Below, piece after piece: positions 51,600 through 63,548 of a DNA stretch of 64,000 bases. Source of the stretch: Fistulifera solaris. Its lineage: Eukaryota. The stretch covers positions 124,001 to 188,000 of the forward strand of contig AP026162.1 in NCBI GenBank assembly GCA_030295235.1, written 5' to 3'. The stretch's first letter is position 1, and the number at the start of each line of letters is the position of its first letter. Position numbers and translations under genes: made by a program. The notes beneath the pieces are model-generated. The model searched no databases. It saw only the letters and a program-made list of their open reading frames with translations, and was not told the DNA's origin.

Positions 51600-52969
51600 A
51601 TGTTCACCGCTCGTGCTGCCAAATCTCTTCCTGTGTTGCGACAGATTCAGTCCAAGCAGCTTTACGCCGCTGGATCTAACTTGCGACCCTTTTTCAGCTT
51701 CTCTGGCGGTGACAAGGGACCGAAAGACGACGAAGTCCGAGCTCTTTTCTCCGTCTGGAACAACGCTCTCGCTACAGGAGACTCCGCTACCGTTGCTTCC
51801 TGCTATGCCAAAGATGCCGTCCTTCTTCCTACCGTGTCGGATACTCCTCGTACTTCTCCGGCTTTGATCAAGGACTACTTTGATGCCTTCTTGAAGCGAA
51901 AGCCTCAGGGTGTCATTACCGACGGATACATCCGATCGGGAGAAGGATTCGCCAAGGACTCGTAAGTACTTTATAAGTAGCTCATGTAAGAGCGAAAAAT
52001 CTGTCATACTCACACGCTTCTGTTTCTCTTTCGTTCAGTGGTATCTACGAATTCACCATGGGTGACACCGGCGACAAGGTTAAGGCCCGTTACAGTTTCG
52101 TGTACGTCAAAGAGGATGGAAAGTGGAAGATCTTGCACCACCACTCCTCTGTCATGCCCGAAGGTATTACTATCGGAAAGAAGATTGAAAAGGACGAAGT
52201 TCGCAGCTTGTTCAACTTGTGGAACGACGCTCTTGCCTCGGGAGACTCGGCCAAGGTGGCCGCTCGCTACTCAAAGAACGCCGTCCTTCTCCCCACTGTC
52301 TCCGACACACCCCGCAACAACAACGATTTGATCGTTGACTACTTCAACAACTTCTTGAAGTTGAAGCCCCAGGGTGTCATCGATAGTGGCGACATCCTCA
52401 TCGGAACCAACTGGGCCCAAGATGCTGGTATCTACACCTTCACTTTGGGTGCGAACGGCAAGAAGGTCCAAGCTCGTTACTCTTTCGTCTACGTTTACGA
52501 GGACGGCGAGTGGAAGATCTCCCACCACCATTCTTCTATGATGCCTGAAAAGATCGTCGCACCTGAACCCGTCACCAAGGAACAAGTGCGCAGCTTCTTC
52601 AACTTGTGGAACGATGCCCTAGCCACTCTTGACCCCAAGAAGGTCGCGGCTCGTTACGCAAAGGATGCTGTCCTTCTTCCTACCGTGTCGGACATCCCCC
52701 GCACTTCTCCTGATTTGATCGAGAACTACTTCGAGGCTTTCTTGCAAAAGAAGCCCCAAGGTGTCATTGACAGTGGTAATGTCAAGATCGGAGCCAACTG
52801 GGCGCAAGATGCTGGTATCTACACTTTCACCATGGGCAACGATGGATCTAAGGTGCAAGGTCGATATTCCTTCATCTACGTATTCGAGGATGGTGAGTGG
52901 AAGATCTCTCACCACCACTCCTCGGTCATGCCGGAGGCTTTCTTGAACCCCAAGGCCCCTGCTCAGTAA
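51600..52969 (+). CDS. Iota-class carbonic anhydrase, 3 domains, mitochondrial-like presequence
   Basis: N-terminus MFTARAAKSLPVLRQIQSKQLYAAGSNLRPFFSFSG; intron 51962-52038 at the same codon as in the 43658 gene; three HHHSS domains; no frameshift. Confidence 0.92.
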
Positions 52970-53194
52970 ACGTTCGCACGACTCTGACAACTAGCCATAA
53001 TCATCTGTCTAAAGTGCCTTATTTATTTTTGTAACGAATCGTTGCAACTATAATTGTAGGTGTCATTATTCTTTCTGATCAAAAGATCATCGTGTCCACA
53101 TTTCTGTGCCTTTAATAATGCGTAATCCATTGTGTTGTTTTGTCGGTAACACTCTCTAATTATTTCCTCTACTAATTAGTGTTTACCTACGAAA

Positions 53195-55980
53195 TCAAGG
53201 TGTCCATGCTAGTGCAACATCGTAGACTTTCTGATAATCGTCCGCGTATTCCACATGCAATCCTTCCTTCAAGTATTCGGGAATTTCGTCGAAGTCGCGC
53301 TGGTTAGCTTGTGGCAATATCACACAAGTTATTCCGGCTCGACGAGCCGCCATAATTTTTCACGGATACCTCCCACTGGGAGCACCTTTCCTGTGAGACT
53401 GATCTCCCCAGTCATGGCCAAATCATTTCGAACTGGTTTACCCGTTGCCAGCGACAGCAACGATGTGACCATTGTAATCCCAGCCGATGGACCATCTTTG
53501 GGAGTTGCTCCTTCCGGTACATGCAAATGGATATCCGCCGTATCGAAATAAGAATTTGCCGGATCAATTTCGTGCAGCCTTGCACGCGCCACAGTGTAAG
53601 CTATGTCGGCACTTTCTTTCATAACGTCTCCGAGTTGTCCGGTTACCTTAACGTGACCGCCTCCTCGTGGCTTTCCTTCGGCGTCAGGCGCACGTTGAAT
53701 GCCCTGCGTCTCAATATACAAAGCTGATCCACCCATTGACGTGTATGCAAGACCCATCACGATACCATTCGGCAAAGGTCCGTCTTGATACAGACGATCG
53801 CTTGTGAAGATTTGTTTGCCGACGTAATCGACCAGATTGCTCTCATCAATCGTCCATGAATCTGACTTTCGCTTTGACTTTTCCCGTAGTACAGCCCCCT
53901 CTTGCTCAGCAACAATCTGCAAAGCCAGTTTGCGAGTAATTCGGTCAATATACTTGGCAAGATTACGAACACCAGCTTCACGGGCATACCACCGAACCAA
54001 ACTCTGAATTGCTTCACGGGAAATGGCAACACCCTCGGGAATTCCTGGTGCATGAACGTATTTTTCAAGTGGCGTCGTTTTGATATTTGCTCCGTCCGGA
54101 TCAGAATCGTCCATTTTCTTCTCTTCCGAATGGAGTTCGTCAATAGTCTCGCTTTCCTTTTCTACCATTAAGCCGCTCTCTTTGAATGATTTGGGGACCA
54201 AGTAGTTTTCAGCGATCGTCACCTTTTCAGGAAAGTCGTATCCAGGCAGCCGAATAATTTCCATACGATCGAGCAGAGGTCCAGGAATGCGATCGAGCTC
54301 ATTGGCTGTACAAAGAAAAAGAACCTGACTGATATCCACTGGAACGTCTAAGAAGTGATCCCTGAAAGTAGAATTTTGGCTCGGATCCAATACTTCTAAC
54401 AAAGCACTGGCTGGATCACCGCGAAATCCCGACCCAAGCTTATCAATTTCATCAATGAGAATCACAGGATTACTAGTTCCGACTGTTTTCAAACTTTGAA
54501 TGACTTTTCCGGGCATGGCGCCGATGTATGTTCTTCAAGGAACGTTAGAGACAATAAAAAGATGACAGGTAGATATAGAAACGCACCTTCGGTGACCTTT
54601 GATCTCGCTCACATCACTCAAACCACCCACACTGAAGCGGTAAAACTCCCGGTTGAGAGCTTGCGCGATCGACTTTCCAATACTGGTTTTACCGGTGCCC
54701 GGAGGCCCCGCCAAACACAAGATTTTGCCTTCGACGGTCCCTTTCAGCTTTCCAATGGCAATGAATTGTAAGATAGCATCCTTGACATCTTCCAATCCGT
54801 AGTGATCTTGGTCTAGTACGCGTCTCGCTTTGGCGAGATCAAAATTCTCTTCGCTCATGACGCCCCACGGAACTCCCAACAACCAATCCAAATAACTGCG
54901 CGTGACCTGATACTCGGGTGAATTCTTTTCGAGCGTACTGAATTTTTCCATTTCTGCTTGAATGACATCGTTAACTTCCTTGGGAACTTTATCACCATAT
55001 TCTTCCAACTTCTTTTGATACTTTTCAATCAAAGCATCCTTATCATCCCGTTCCATCCCCAATTCCTTCTTGATGGACTTGAGTTGTTCCATCAAAAAGT
55101 ATTTTCGCTGCGTCTCGGTCATTTTCTCTTCTACTTTTTGATTGATTTCTTTTTGTAACTGACTGACGGACAATTCCCGATTGAGCAAGACCAACGCCAA
55201 ATGCAAGCGCTGTTCCGGATCGCGTTCCGCCAAGACGGCCTGCAAATCCGCGGACGCCCCGCCACTGGCACTGATGCTGGCCGCAAAGTCCGCCAATTTG
55301 AACGGATCATTCGCATCAAAGCGCATGGGAAACAAATTGAGTGATTCACGAAAGAGTGGATTCATTTGTGCAATTTGTCGAATGGTGCTGATGATTTCGT
55401 TCGATAAAGCCCGGATGGTGATATCTTGATCGGGTTGGGGTGCATATTCAAGTCGGGGCCAGTGTTTGACATTGACACGGAGGGGAGGACCCAATTCATC
55501 AATCGAAAGCAAATCGACACGACGATGCGCCAGAAGAGTCAAGGTGGCGGTCGTTTCTTCTTCGACTTTGTGAAAGCGTTGTATTTCGGCGAGAGTTCCA
55601 GTTTCGTACAACTCGAGAGGATCGGTTATGATTTCGGGTACTTCGACTACAGTTCCGTGTCCTTCGGTTGGTCTGCGTAGAAAGCAGGAAAGAAAAGCTC
55701 GATCTTGATTCCACAGTTCTTCCATGGCTTGAATGGTCGGCGGATCCGTCAATGTAATGGAAGTGATGAGACCGGGAAAGATGGGGCGTGTTTGCAGCGG
55801 TAGACCCAGTGTATGCGGCATGCGAGGTGCTGCTTCACCAAAGGGGATTTTCTCCGGTACAACAACGACTTTGTTGTCGTCGGAGGAGGAAGACGAGGAA
55901 GAAGAGAACCATCGAGGAAGAGGCGCTACACGAGGCCGTCGACGAGCGGATCGCACCGCCATGAATGAGGCCGCTATCAT
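53195..55980 (-). CDS. LONP1: Mitochondrial Lon protease
   Basis: Arg/Ser presequence, [21 protein letters not shown] across intron 54533-54586, IDEIDK, catalytic PKDGPSAG and [10 protein letters not shown]. One 1-bp frameshift near 53357. Confidence 0.93.
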
Positions 55981-56403
55981 TTCGATGGGCGACTAATTAT
56001 GAAGCGCAGCGACCTTTTCTTCTTAAGAAAATAGATGTTACAACTTCCAGGAAGATGGCTTAGCGACTGAGCAAATGCCCTTTGACGCGCATCACAAAAG
56101 AACATGAACGAATGCGTATGAACCATTCGCGGTCGATCCTCTTCCCTTTATTTCGCGATAATAATGCGCCTCATTCTCCGGGTTCTATATGTAAAAACCT
56201 GTCCGACGAAGAGTTACTATGAAGCTTTTAGTCAGTTCAAGGAAGTCTCATGACAACATCCAGTCTTAGCGAAAACGGACAACACTTTGACCTAATAGTA
56301 AATTCGGAAATGCAGCCTTGGGGATGATTATCAACATAGTAAGACGAGGGATGCAGTAAAACAGATCTCATATTCACAATCATGGTTCATGACTGAAATT
56401 CGA

Positions 56404-56598
56404 GTGGTGTTTTCACGTCCACAGAAAATTTGTGTGTGTGGGTTTTCAAGTTCCCAGAAACTCTGGGCGATTGGTGGTTTCACGTCCACAGAAACTTTGT
56501 GCATGTGGTGTTTTCACCTTCCCAGAAAATCTGGGGGTGTGCTGTTTCCACTTTTCCAGGAAATCTGGGCGATTCACGTCCACAGAAAATTTGTGGGT
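56404..56598. repeat. Degenerate 34-bp hairpin-core minisatellite, about 6 units
   Basis: Mostly alternating CACAGAAAATTTGTG and CCCAGAAAATCTGGG cores; same family as 13147-14232. Confidence 0.85.
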
Positions 56599-56721
56599 GT
56601 AGATGACACTCTTCGCGATGATGATTTATTTCTGGTACGAGTTGCAAGATGCAAGATGCACAGCGCAACAACTAGTGATACAACAAAGTGTGAGAAGAAT
56701 TGTGATAATACAAGACAGAGA

Positions 56722-57509
56722 ATGGCACAGATTGATACAGAATGGAAAATGATTTCGCGAAACGACAAAAAGCGGGTCATGAGACGAAGAGGTCGTCCGT
56801 CTTTGACAGGAAATAAGGCACAAGAACATCAATCCCTCAATCAAACAAGTCAGCACGTTGAAGATTCTGATTTGTTGCGTTCCTACATTGAAACATGTCA
56901 AGAGTCACTGTCGATACTTTTGGAGCAAATCATGGCTTTAGTTGACGATGACATGACAATACAGGAAATTGTTTGCTACGGCATTGGGAATTTTTCGCGA
57001 ACGTCGGGACACTATTTCTCGGCGTCTTTCTGGCAACTAGCCCTCGTCTTACGTCTTCGATCTACTTTCAATGTTCCGCTACTGTACTATGACCCGTGTA
57101 CCACCCAGTTCGAAACAGAATTTCTCGAGCAAATGGGTGTTCAAGTGATATCGAGGGATGAAAAGGGCGTCCGAACATCGGCGCATACACTCTTTTCATG
57201 CCTCACTGTCCCAGTGGTCTTTATGAAAATGTGTTATGGTCGAACTGGCGACATTTAAAGTCTATTTTTATCTTCGGAAATTCACTGAAGTCGTACAGTG
57301 AAGGTTTGCAATTTGATGGACCGTGTATCACCGCGATCCAACCCTGGCTGAGAGAAGATGTGATTCGATGGAGCAATATGAATGCATCTGGCGACGTAGA
57401 GGGTGCGTTCAATGATACATTCCTCAGTCAAATCAAATCTGGTGAAAAGGACGACTTTCCTGAACGTCCTTATGACAATTTGCGTGAGGAGATAGCGATA
57501 CGCGACTAG
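56722..57509 (+). CDS. SRR1 (sensitivity to red light reduced 1)-domain protein
   Basis: IVCYGIGNF, QLAL, YDP, FMPHC, LYENVLWSNW, GNS and AFND. One T is missing near 57195. Confidence 0.8.
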
Positions 57510-57718
57510 GAATATGGTCGTTAGTTTGTAGTTGATTGTTGGCGTCGCTGTCGGAGCATAAACGAAGCATAATCTTCAACGAACACTACTAAGGGTTACG
57601 GAACGATTTGTTCAAATAATGGGGTGGACCCTGTCGACAACCAATGAAGGAACCTTTCCTCGCTGACATTGAGGGCATTGCGAAAACGGTTGCTAGTTGT
57701 TGATGATGTTACATTTCT

Positions 57719-60700
57719 TTAGGTTCGCTTTATCAATGTTGTCGGCTGACAATCGATACCTTTTGATGAATCGTCGTCACTTGTACCCCACTCACCGGAA
57801 ACACCAAAGCCGCTATCATCATCACTTCCGGAAACAGAAACAGAAGCATCGTCATATCTTTTTGCGATATTTGATTCCTCATTGTGCTTACCCTTGTCGA
57901 GACGCTGATTCCCTTCGGTCGCAATAGCAATACGTTCAAGCTTCGGTAGACTTCGAGGCAGTAAAGTAGGCAATGATAAGTTGTGGACAGCAGCTATCTT
58001 TCGGATATCACGGCCCGCTTTTTCTACGATAGCTCTCAAATTTGTCCGCTTGAAGGGAAAATATGGGCCGTCGCTTCTCTCCACAAAAAAAATCACAAAG
58101 AGACGATAAATCACCAAGAATTGGAGACATGTGCAAATGAATCAGATCGTCGAGATAGGAAAGGGAGCCCACGTCAATCGCGCTGGTTTTTTGAGCGACG
58201 TCAAGAATGGGTTGCTGATTACGCCAATGAACACACTGACGAAGTTTCAACATCATCACTCCAGTGAAATCACGAGATAAATTTGACAGTATTCTTGTAC
58301 TGCGGCTCGGGAAAATTGCAAAGTGGTCTCGAAATATGTTTACAAGGCGTCGGAACACACCAAGGGTGAACTTCAATGGCTGATGAGGCCCTTCCTGAGT
58401 TGGCGCAACTTTTGTAGGCTCGATGCCTCCCATCAGAAGAGTTGTCAGTGAAACAAGGGTGCTAAGGAAATCCGGAAGCGTTGTTGAGTTGAGAAAAGGA
58501 AAACATGAAGCTGGGATTGCTCGGGTAGTTCGTTGTTTTCCGTCGAATTCGACTTTTTCGCCCCTGATTGTTGCATGAAGAGCTCTAGCCAAAGAATCAG
58601 CTTCTTCTACAAGTTTCACCACATGGTGAGAATATCGCGACAGCTGGTGTGGGGTGTCTGAAATCAGCGCAAAGTGTCTGATTATCGACAAAGAATACGG
58701 TGCAAAGGCTTTGACAGAGATGTCCCAACAAGACGCAGCCGCCGCTTTCAACAATGATTCCAGGGGTTTCTTTACTTCTGGAGAAGCTTTTGTTTTTCCT
58801 GTTTGCACGATACGAGAGAGGTGCTTTTGCCAATCTCCAGAGACTAGTTCGATTGATCCGCAGTACACATCGTGTAAAGAAGACCAGCTTATCTCGATAA
58901 TTCTGTCTCGGCGTCCAACGTCGCTTCGCTTTACTAGGCATGAAATTATATCCAATTGAAAATGAGCAACACCAACGTCTTCTATCTCTTTGAGTTGGAG
59001 AGCGACGAGCTCAAGCAACTCATTCTTATTGCGTCCTCCATCTACCCTCTCATTAGATTCCAGAGCCTGGGACTCTGTCAGAACTACCGCAAATAACTTA
59101 CAATAGGCCCTGGCCAAGTGCACTACAACGTCCAGGACTTGAGCATCAACTGCAAGGCTTGCATTTGCTTTTCGAATATGGATATAAAATTCAACAATCG
59201 TTTTCATCGATTGAAACAAACTTTGAACTGTCAAATCGACTTCATCGTACAAGAATGATGTACTCAGTGCAAGCTCTTTTAGAAACTTGCAATGGAAATA
59301 AAACATCGCCAGGTCGAAGGGCGTAAATTGTTTTCGTGCAAGAACTTTTTCTTTCAATATCCGAAGAATACTGTGGTTTGAATCGTTTCGCTGAAGGACC
59401 TTCCATAAGGTTCTTGGCGAAAGGTAGGGATCGGAGAAGAGGAGCGCATGAATCTTATCAACTTCTATCGCCGCGTTTTCTACAGGGGATGACAGCTGCA
59501 ACGCACCCACCTCTGGGAAACTTCGCGTTCCATTACTTGGAGACGATGTGGTTTGTTTTCGCTTTACCTCGGATATGTTTTCGCTGCTCTGCCGCTTTCG
59601 CTTCGAAGATACTTTCAGTGCACGAAACAGCTTCAAGATCTTACTTGATTTCGACTTCAGATGAAATATTTTCATCATCTGGTAGAGCATTAGCCGTTGA
59701 CGAGAAATTTGCTTCTCTGGGGCAAATGTCAGAGTGAAATGTTCAGACGCGTTTTTCAATACTGCCAAGGATAAAGAGATTCCTACCAACAAAGCTATTT
59801 CGTATTGGCAGAGCATCAGAACGAACTCCTCCGCAAGTTTTTCATTGAGTTGGTCACCTTTAAATGACATAATTTGTGAATGCAAAGAGTAGTCGTTCGC
59901 ATCCCCGAGAGCCGTATCCAATGCGCTCGATACAGACGGAAACGAGAAATTCGAAAATTCAATGGAAGCCTGTAACCACCCTTCCGCAGCCCAGTCCTTC
60001 ATCGCATTCTTACGAGCGAGTGTGAGGTACATGTCAGTTAGCTCGAAAACCCATAGACATGTGCATTTCCATCGTGTGGGATCCGTCACGGTGCTTATCT
60101 TTGTGAAGTAGTCGACACAAAATATAATGTCCTGGGGAGAGAACTGGTCGTCTTCATGTCCAGCCGTGTATGATGCTAGCTCTGGAGGAACGTTCTGGTA
60201 CGCAATGATATTATGTTTTAAGCTGTTGCGACCGACCTTGTATTGGGATAGCTTTTGAATGAGACCAGTATTTGCTAGAATCATTTTGAAGTGCTCAAAG
60301 TAGGCTTTCGAAGCGCTTTCCGAAGTCTCCCGATTTGCTAGAGCCTGAAGAACCATCAACGACGCGCTCCCCACCTCTGGAGCAATGGTTCGACGAGTTG
60401 AAGGTAGCATGATTTTTGCACCCATTCCTCGATCTGTTTTAGTTCCATTTCCGACACTGTCGAAGTGCCTACGATAACTCTACTGAGTGTAAGGCCACAA
60501 ACGACCCGAATTGAATCGTTTGACGAAAACGAGTATCCACCCGTCGATAAAAAGAGCAACCGTTGCAAAAGCTCCATTAGCTCCCCGTAACCATTCTGCG
60601 ATGCTTCAACTATAGCTACCAGGACGTAACATATATATTCTGCTGAAATGCGCAATGTCGAGCGATGGGTCCCAGTATCGCAGCACAATCGTCTTATGAA

Positions 60701-61883
60701 TGTCTCTTTGAAAGAAATGAGTAAATCTGGGGAGCATTGAGCAATTTGTAACAAAAGGTCGTTCACAGGCCGACAAATAGCGTTTTCCCGTTCTGTACTT
60801 GCTGACTCTTCTATAGCTAGGCCATCCACTTCCTCACTCAAGTGGACCAGACTTGAAAGTAAACTATTCCGATTTGCATCATCCAGTAGATTGATCATTT
60901 GAAATACCAACGTCACGATTGATTGCATCTCACAAGTTGGGACACGGGCGGGTGTCAAGAAAAGGAATATTGCAAGTCGAAGGAGGCCATCAACGACGCG
61001 CTGATAAAATGACGACGACAACTTTTCTCGACTCGAAGAACAAATTCGTTTCATAACAGCTTCACAGAGTGCATAAGGAAAGCACTCACGACTCAACCAA
61101 GTATCGAATATCTTGTCAACTGGATCTTCGTGTTCATTCGAAAGACCCAGCAGAAGAATGACGTCGAGCGGATGCGCAACATCTTCACTCTCGCTAACGC
61201 TATACAAATATGTCGTTCTTAACAGGTCCCGCTTCTGATCTTGACGAAATCTATCAAGAATATGCTGCACAGCCATCATAAGATAATCATTCACTTCGAA
61301 ATCGTTGCCTTGCACCCGAATCGTCGACCACAACATCATTGCCTCCCCTCTGTCGGACACGATACGCAATAGAATACGGAGAAGAGACGGCCATTCCGAT
61401 TCTTTCACCAATGCAAGTGACTTGAAGGCTTGTTGGAATGATAATTTTCGTGCTTCCCCCTGTCAATGGTAGCACCGAGAGACATTCTAGAATCGGTAAG
61501 CGAGAATCTGGTATGCGTTGACAGCTATCGAGCAAGATAGATACGACCGGCTCAGAAGCGCTCTCAATCTCTTGATCTTCCATCAATGAGGGAAGAAATC
61601 TGAGTAGCATTTGCAGCGTTTCTTGCTTCTGCGCTCGAAGTATCATGTCGAGCACTTGTTTTGGTGAAAGTGAATTGCTGTAAATCATCGAGGACAGTAT
61701 CTTGCGTATCATGGCTAACCGTGCAGCAGTTTCTTCCTCATCTATATTCGTTTCGATCGCTTGCAAGCAAGCAATGATCCTCTCGACCATTCTGGCTTCC
61801 GACCCTTGCCCAGCATTTAGATCTTGTAAACATTTTTGAAGAGCCGTCTCAAGATCCGACGCGAAATCTTGTTTGTCTGCCAT
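57719..61883 (-). CDS. Large helical protein (~1380 aa), probably FANCD2-like
   Basis: Four consecutive same-strand ORFs joined by frameshifts (~61410, 60420, 58090). LPSLMEDQE...PILECLSVLPL...EWPSLLRILL...IR resembles FANCD2 LPEILGD...PILDVLSSL...DLPVIIKFIL...LR. Acidic tail. Confidence 0.5.
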
Positions 61884-62270
61884 TTGTCACACAATTTCAT
61901 GTAGCGGGCTGACTAAAAGCTTTGTGATCATATGAACGTTGACCTAACATGTGAGCTCATTGTAAGCACCGCTGTATTTCTTTGAAAAGAGGTGTTTATT
62001 ATAGCGAAGTAATAATCAGCGCATCTCGTCGTTGCTGGTAAAACGGGTTGCAGTTTTTGCGTTGCGACGTAAGTAAAAGCAGCACGGTCGTCTTGCCGTC
62101 GGCCAGAGCAATTCACAAGAGCTATGGTTATCTGTTATCTCCAACATAATTATTCATGATATTCATTAATATTCTATGCCTTGCTCCTACATTTTTGTAA
62201 GCAACTTGTTATCTATCACTATCAATATGAAGATAAAAGATTGTTTTGTTTACTATTCATTCATTCTTGT

Positions 62271-63548
62271 TTAGTAAAGACCATCGTCTTTCATCCATTG
62301 GGCCGCCTGCTTGGCGTAGTAAGTCAAAATAATATCGGCACCCGCCCGCTTGAAGCACATAAGTGTCTCCAAAACAACATCTTTTTCGTTGAGCCATCCC
62401 TTTTCGCAGGCTGCCTTAATCATGGCGTATTCTCCCGACACATGGTATGCGGCAATGGGCAATGGCGAATAGTCCTTCAATCGTCGAATGACATCCAAAT
62501 ACGGCATACCCGGCTTGACCATGAGCATGTCAGCCCCTTCCGCGGCATCCAAGGCTGCTTCAATGAGTGCTTCTCGTCCATTGGCGGGATCTTGTTGGTA
62601 CGTCTTTTTGTCTCCAAATCCCGGATGACTGTCCAAGGCGTCACGGAAGGGTCCGTAGTACGCCGAAGCATATTTCGCCGTGTAAGAAAGAATCGAAACA
62701 TCCGTAAAGCCCTCAGCATCCAGCGCATCTCGGATGGCCTTGACACGGCCGTCCATCATATCCGAAGGAGCGACGACGTCCGCTCCAGCCCGGGCTTGAC
62801 AAACGGCCTGTTTACAAAGCTGGTGAATGGTGACATCGTTCAAAATCTTTCCGTCCTCAACAACACCATCGTGTCCTTGATCCGAGTACGGATCCAGAGC
62901 GACATCCGTGCACACAATCGTATCCGGATAGGCCGCTTTGATCATGCGAATGGCCCGAGGCACAATGCCTTCCGGATTGTACGCTTCCACTCCCATATTC
63001 GTTTTGAGTTCGTCCGGAACTTTGGGGAACAAGACAAAGGTTTTGACTCCCAACGCGTACGATTCTCCGACTTCTCGCAACATACTATCGAGGGAGTGAC
63101 GCTCACAACCGGGCATACTGGGGATGGGTTGGTTGAAATCTTCGTCATGAATGAAAAGAGGGTAAATGAAATTGGAAGGAGTGACAATGTTTTCCCGGAC
63201 CATGCCTCGCATCGCGGGAGATTTACGGTTGCGGCGGGGTCGTGCGCGCTGTCGAGAGTTTTGTGAAGGAGAGAATTTGTGAGAAAGACAAGAAAACGAG
63301 TAATTTATCGGAACATTCTTTGTGCGTACCTGAGGAAGCCAAACTTCATTTTTGTTGTTGCGCTGAAGGGCAGCGTTTTCTCCTGCAGTAGGATCGAATG
63401 CATTGGTTTCCTTGGGAAGACTAGTCATAGACTTGTCGACTGGGTCGACGCTCGGCGCCGTCTTGGCCGCATTCGGAGCGACCGCTGAAAATGCATCTGT
63501 CGTGGTCAAAGACAAGCAGTAAAAAGCTGTTGCTAAGTAAAACTTCAT
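62271..63548 (-). CDS. hemB: Plastid porphobilinogen synthase (ALAD), Asp-rich plant type
   Basis: Signal peptide ending TDA-F; RPRRNR, DVALDPYSDQGHDG, APSDMMDGRV, AKYASAYYGPFRDA, MVKPG and YHVSGEY. Intron 63249-63329. Confidence 0.95.
   Translation of the reverse strand: MKFYLATAFYCLSLTTTDAFSAVAPNAAKTAPSVDPVDKSMTSLPKETNAFDPTAGENAALQRNNKNEVWLPQVRTKNVPINYSFSCLSHKFSPSQNSRQRARPRRNRKSPAMRGMVRENIVTPSNFIYPLFIHDEDFNQPIPSMPGCERHSLDSMLREVGESYALGVKTFVLFPKVPDELKTNMGVEAYNPEGIVPRAIRMIKAAYPDTIVCTDVALDPYSDQGHDGVVEDGKILNDVTIHQLCKQAVCQARAGADVVAPSDMMDGRVKAIRDALDAEGFTDVSILSYTAKYASAYYGPFRDALDSHPGFGDKKTYQQDPANGREALIEAALDAAEGADMLMVKPGMPYLDVIRRLKDYSPLPIAAYHVSGEYAMIKAACEKGWLNEKDVVLETLMCFKRAGADIILTYYAKQAAQWMKDDGLY

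Noticed and set aside
56389..56721. N-terminal extension of the SRR1 ORF through the minisatellite
   Set aside because: The translation is repeat-derived; the ATG at 56722 is more plausible.
62181..63266. 361-aa antisense ORF
   Set aside because: Shadow of the ALAD coding strand.
62271..63548. Zn-independent ALAD as part of a low-Zn gene neighbourhood
   Set aside because: An Asp-rich metal site is normal for plastid ALAD, and the gene is ~9 kb from the iota-CA/COG0523 block.
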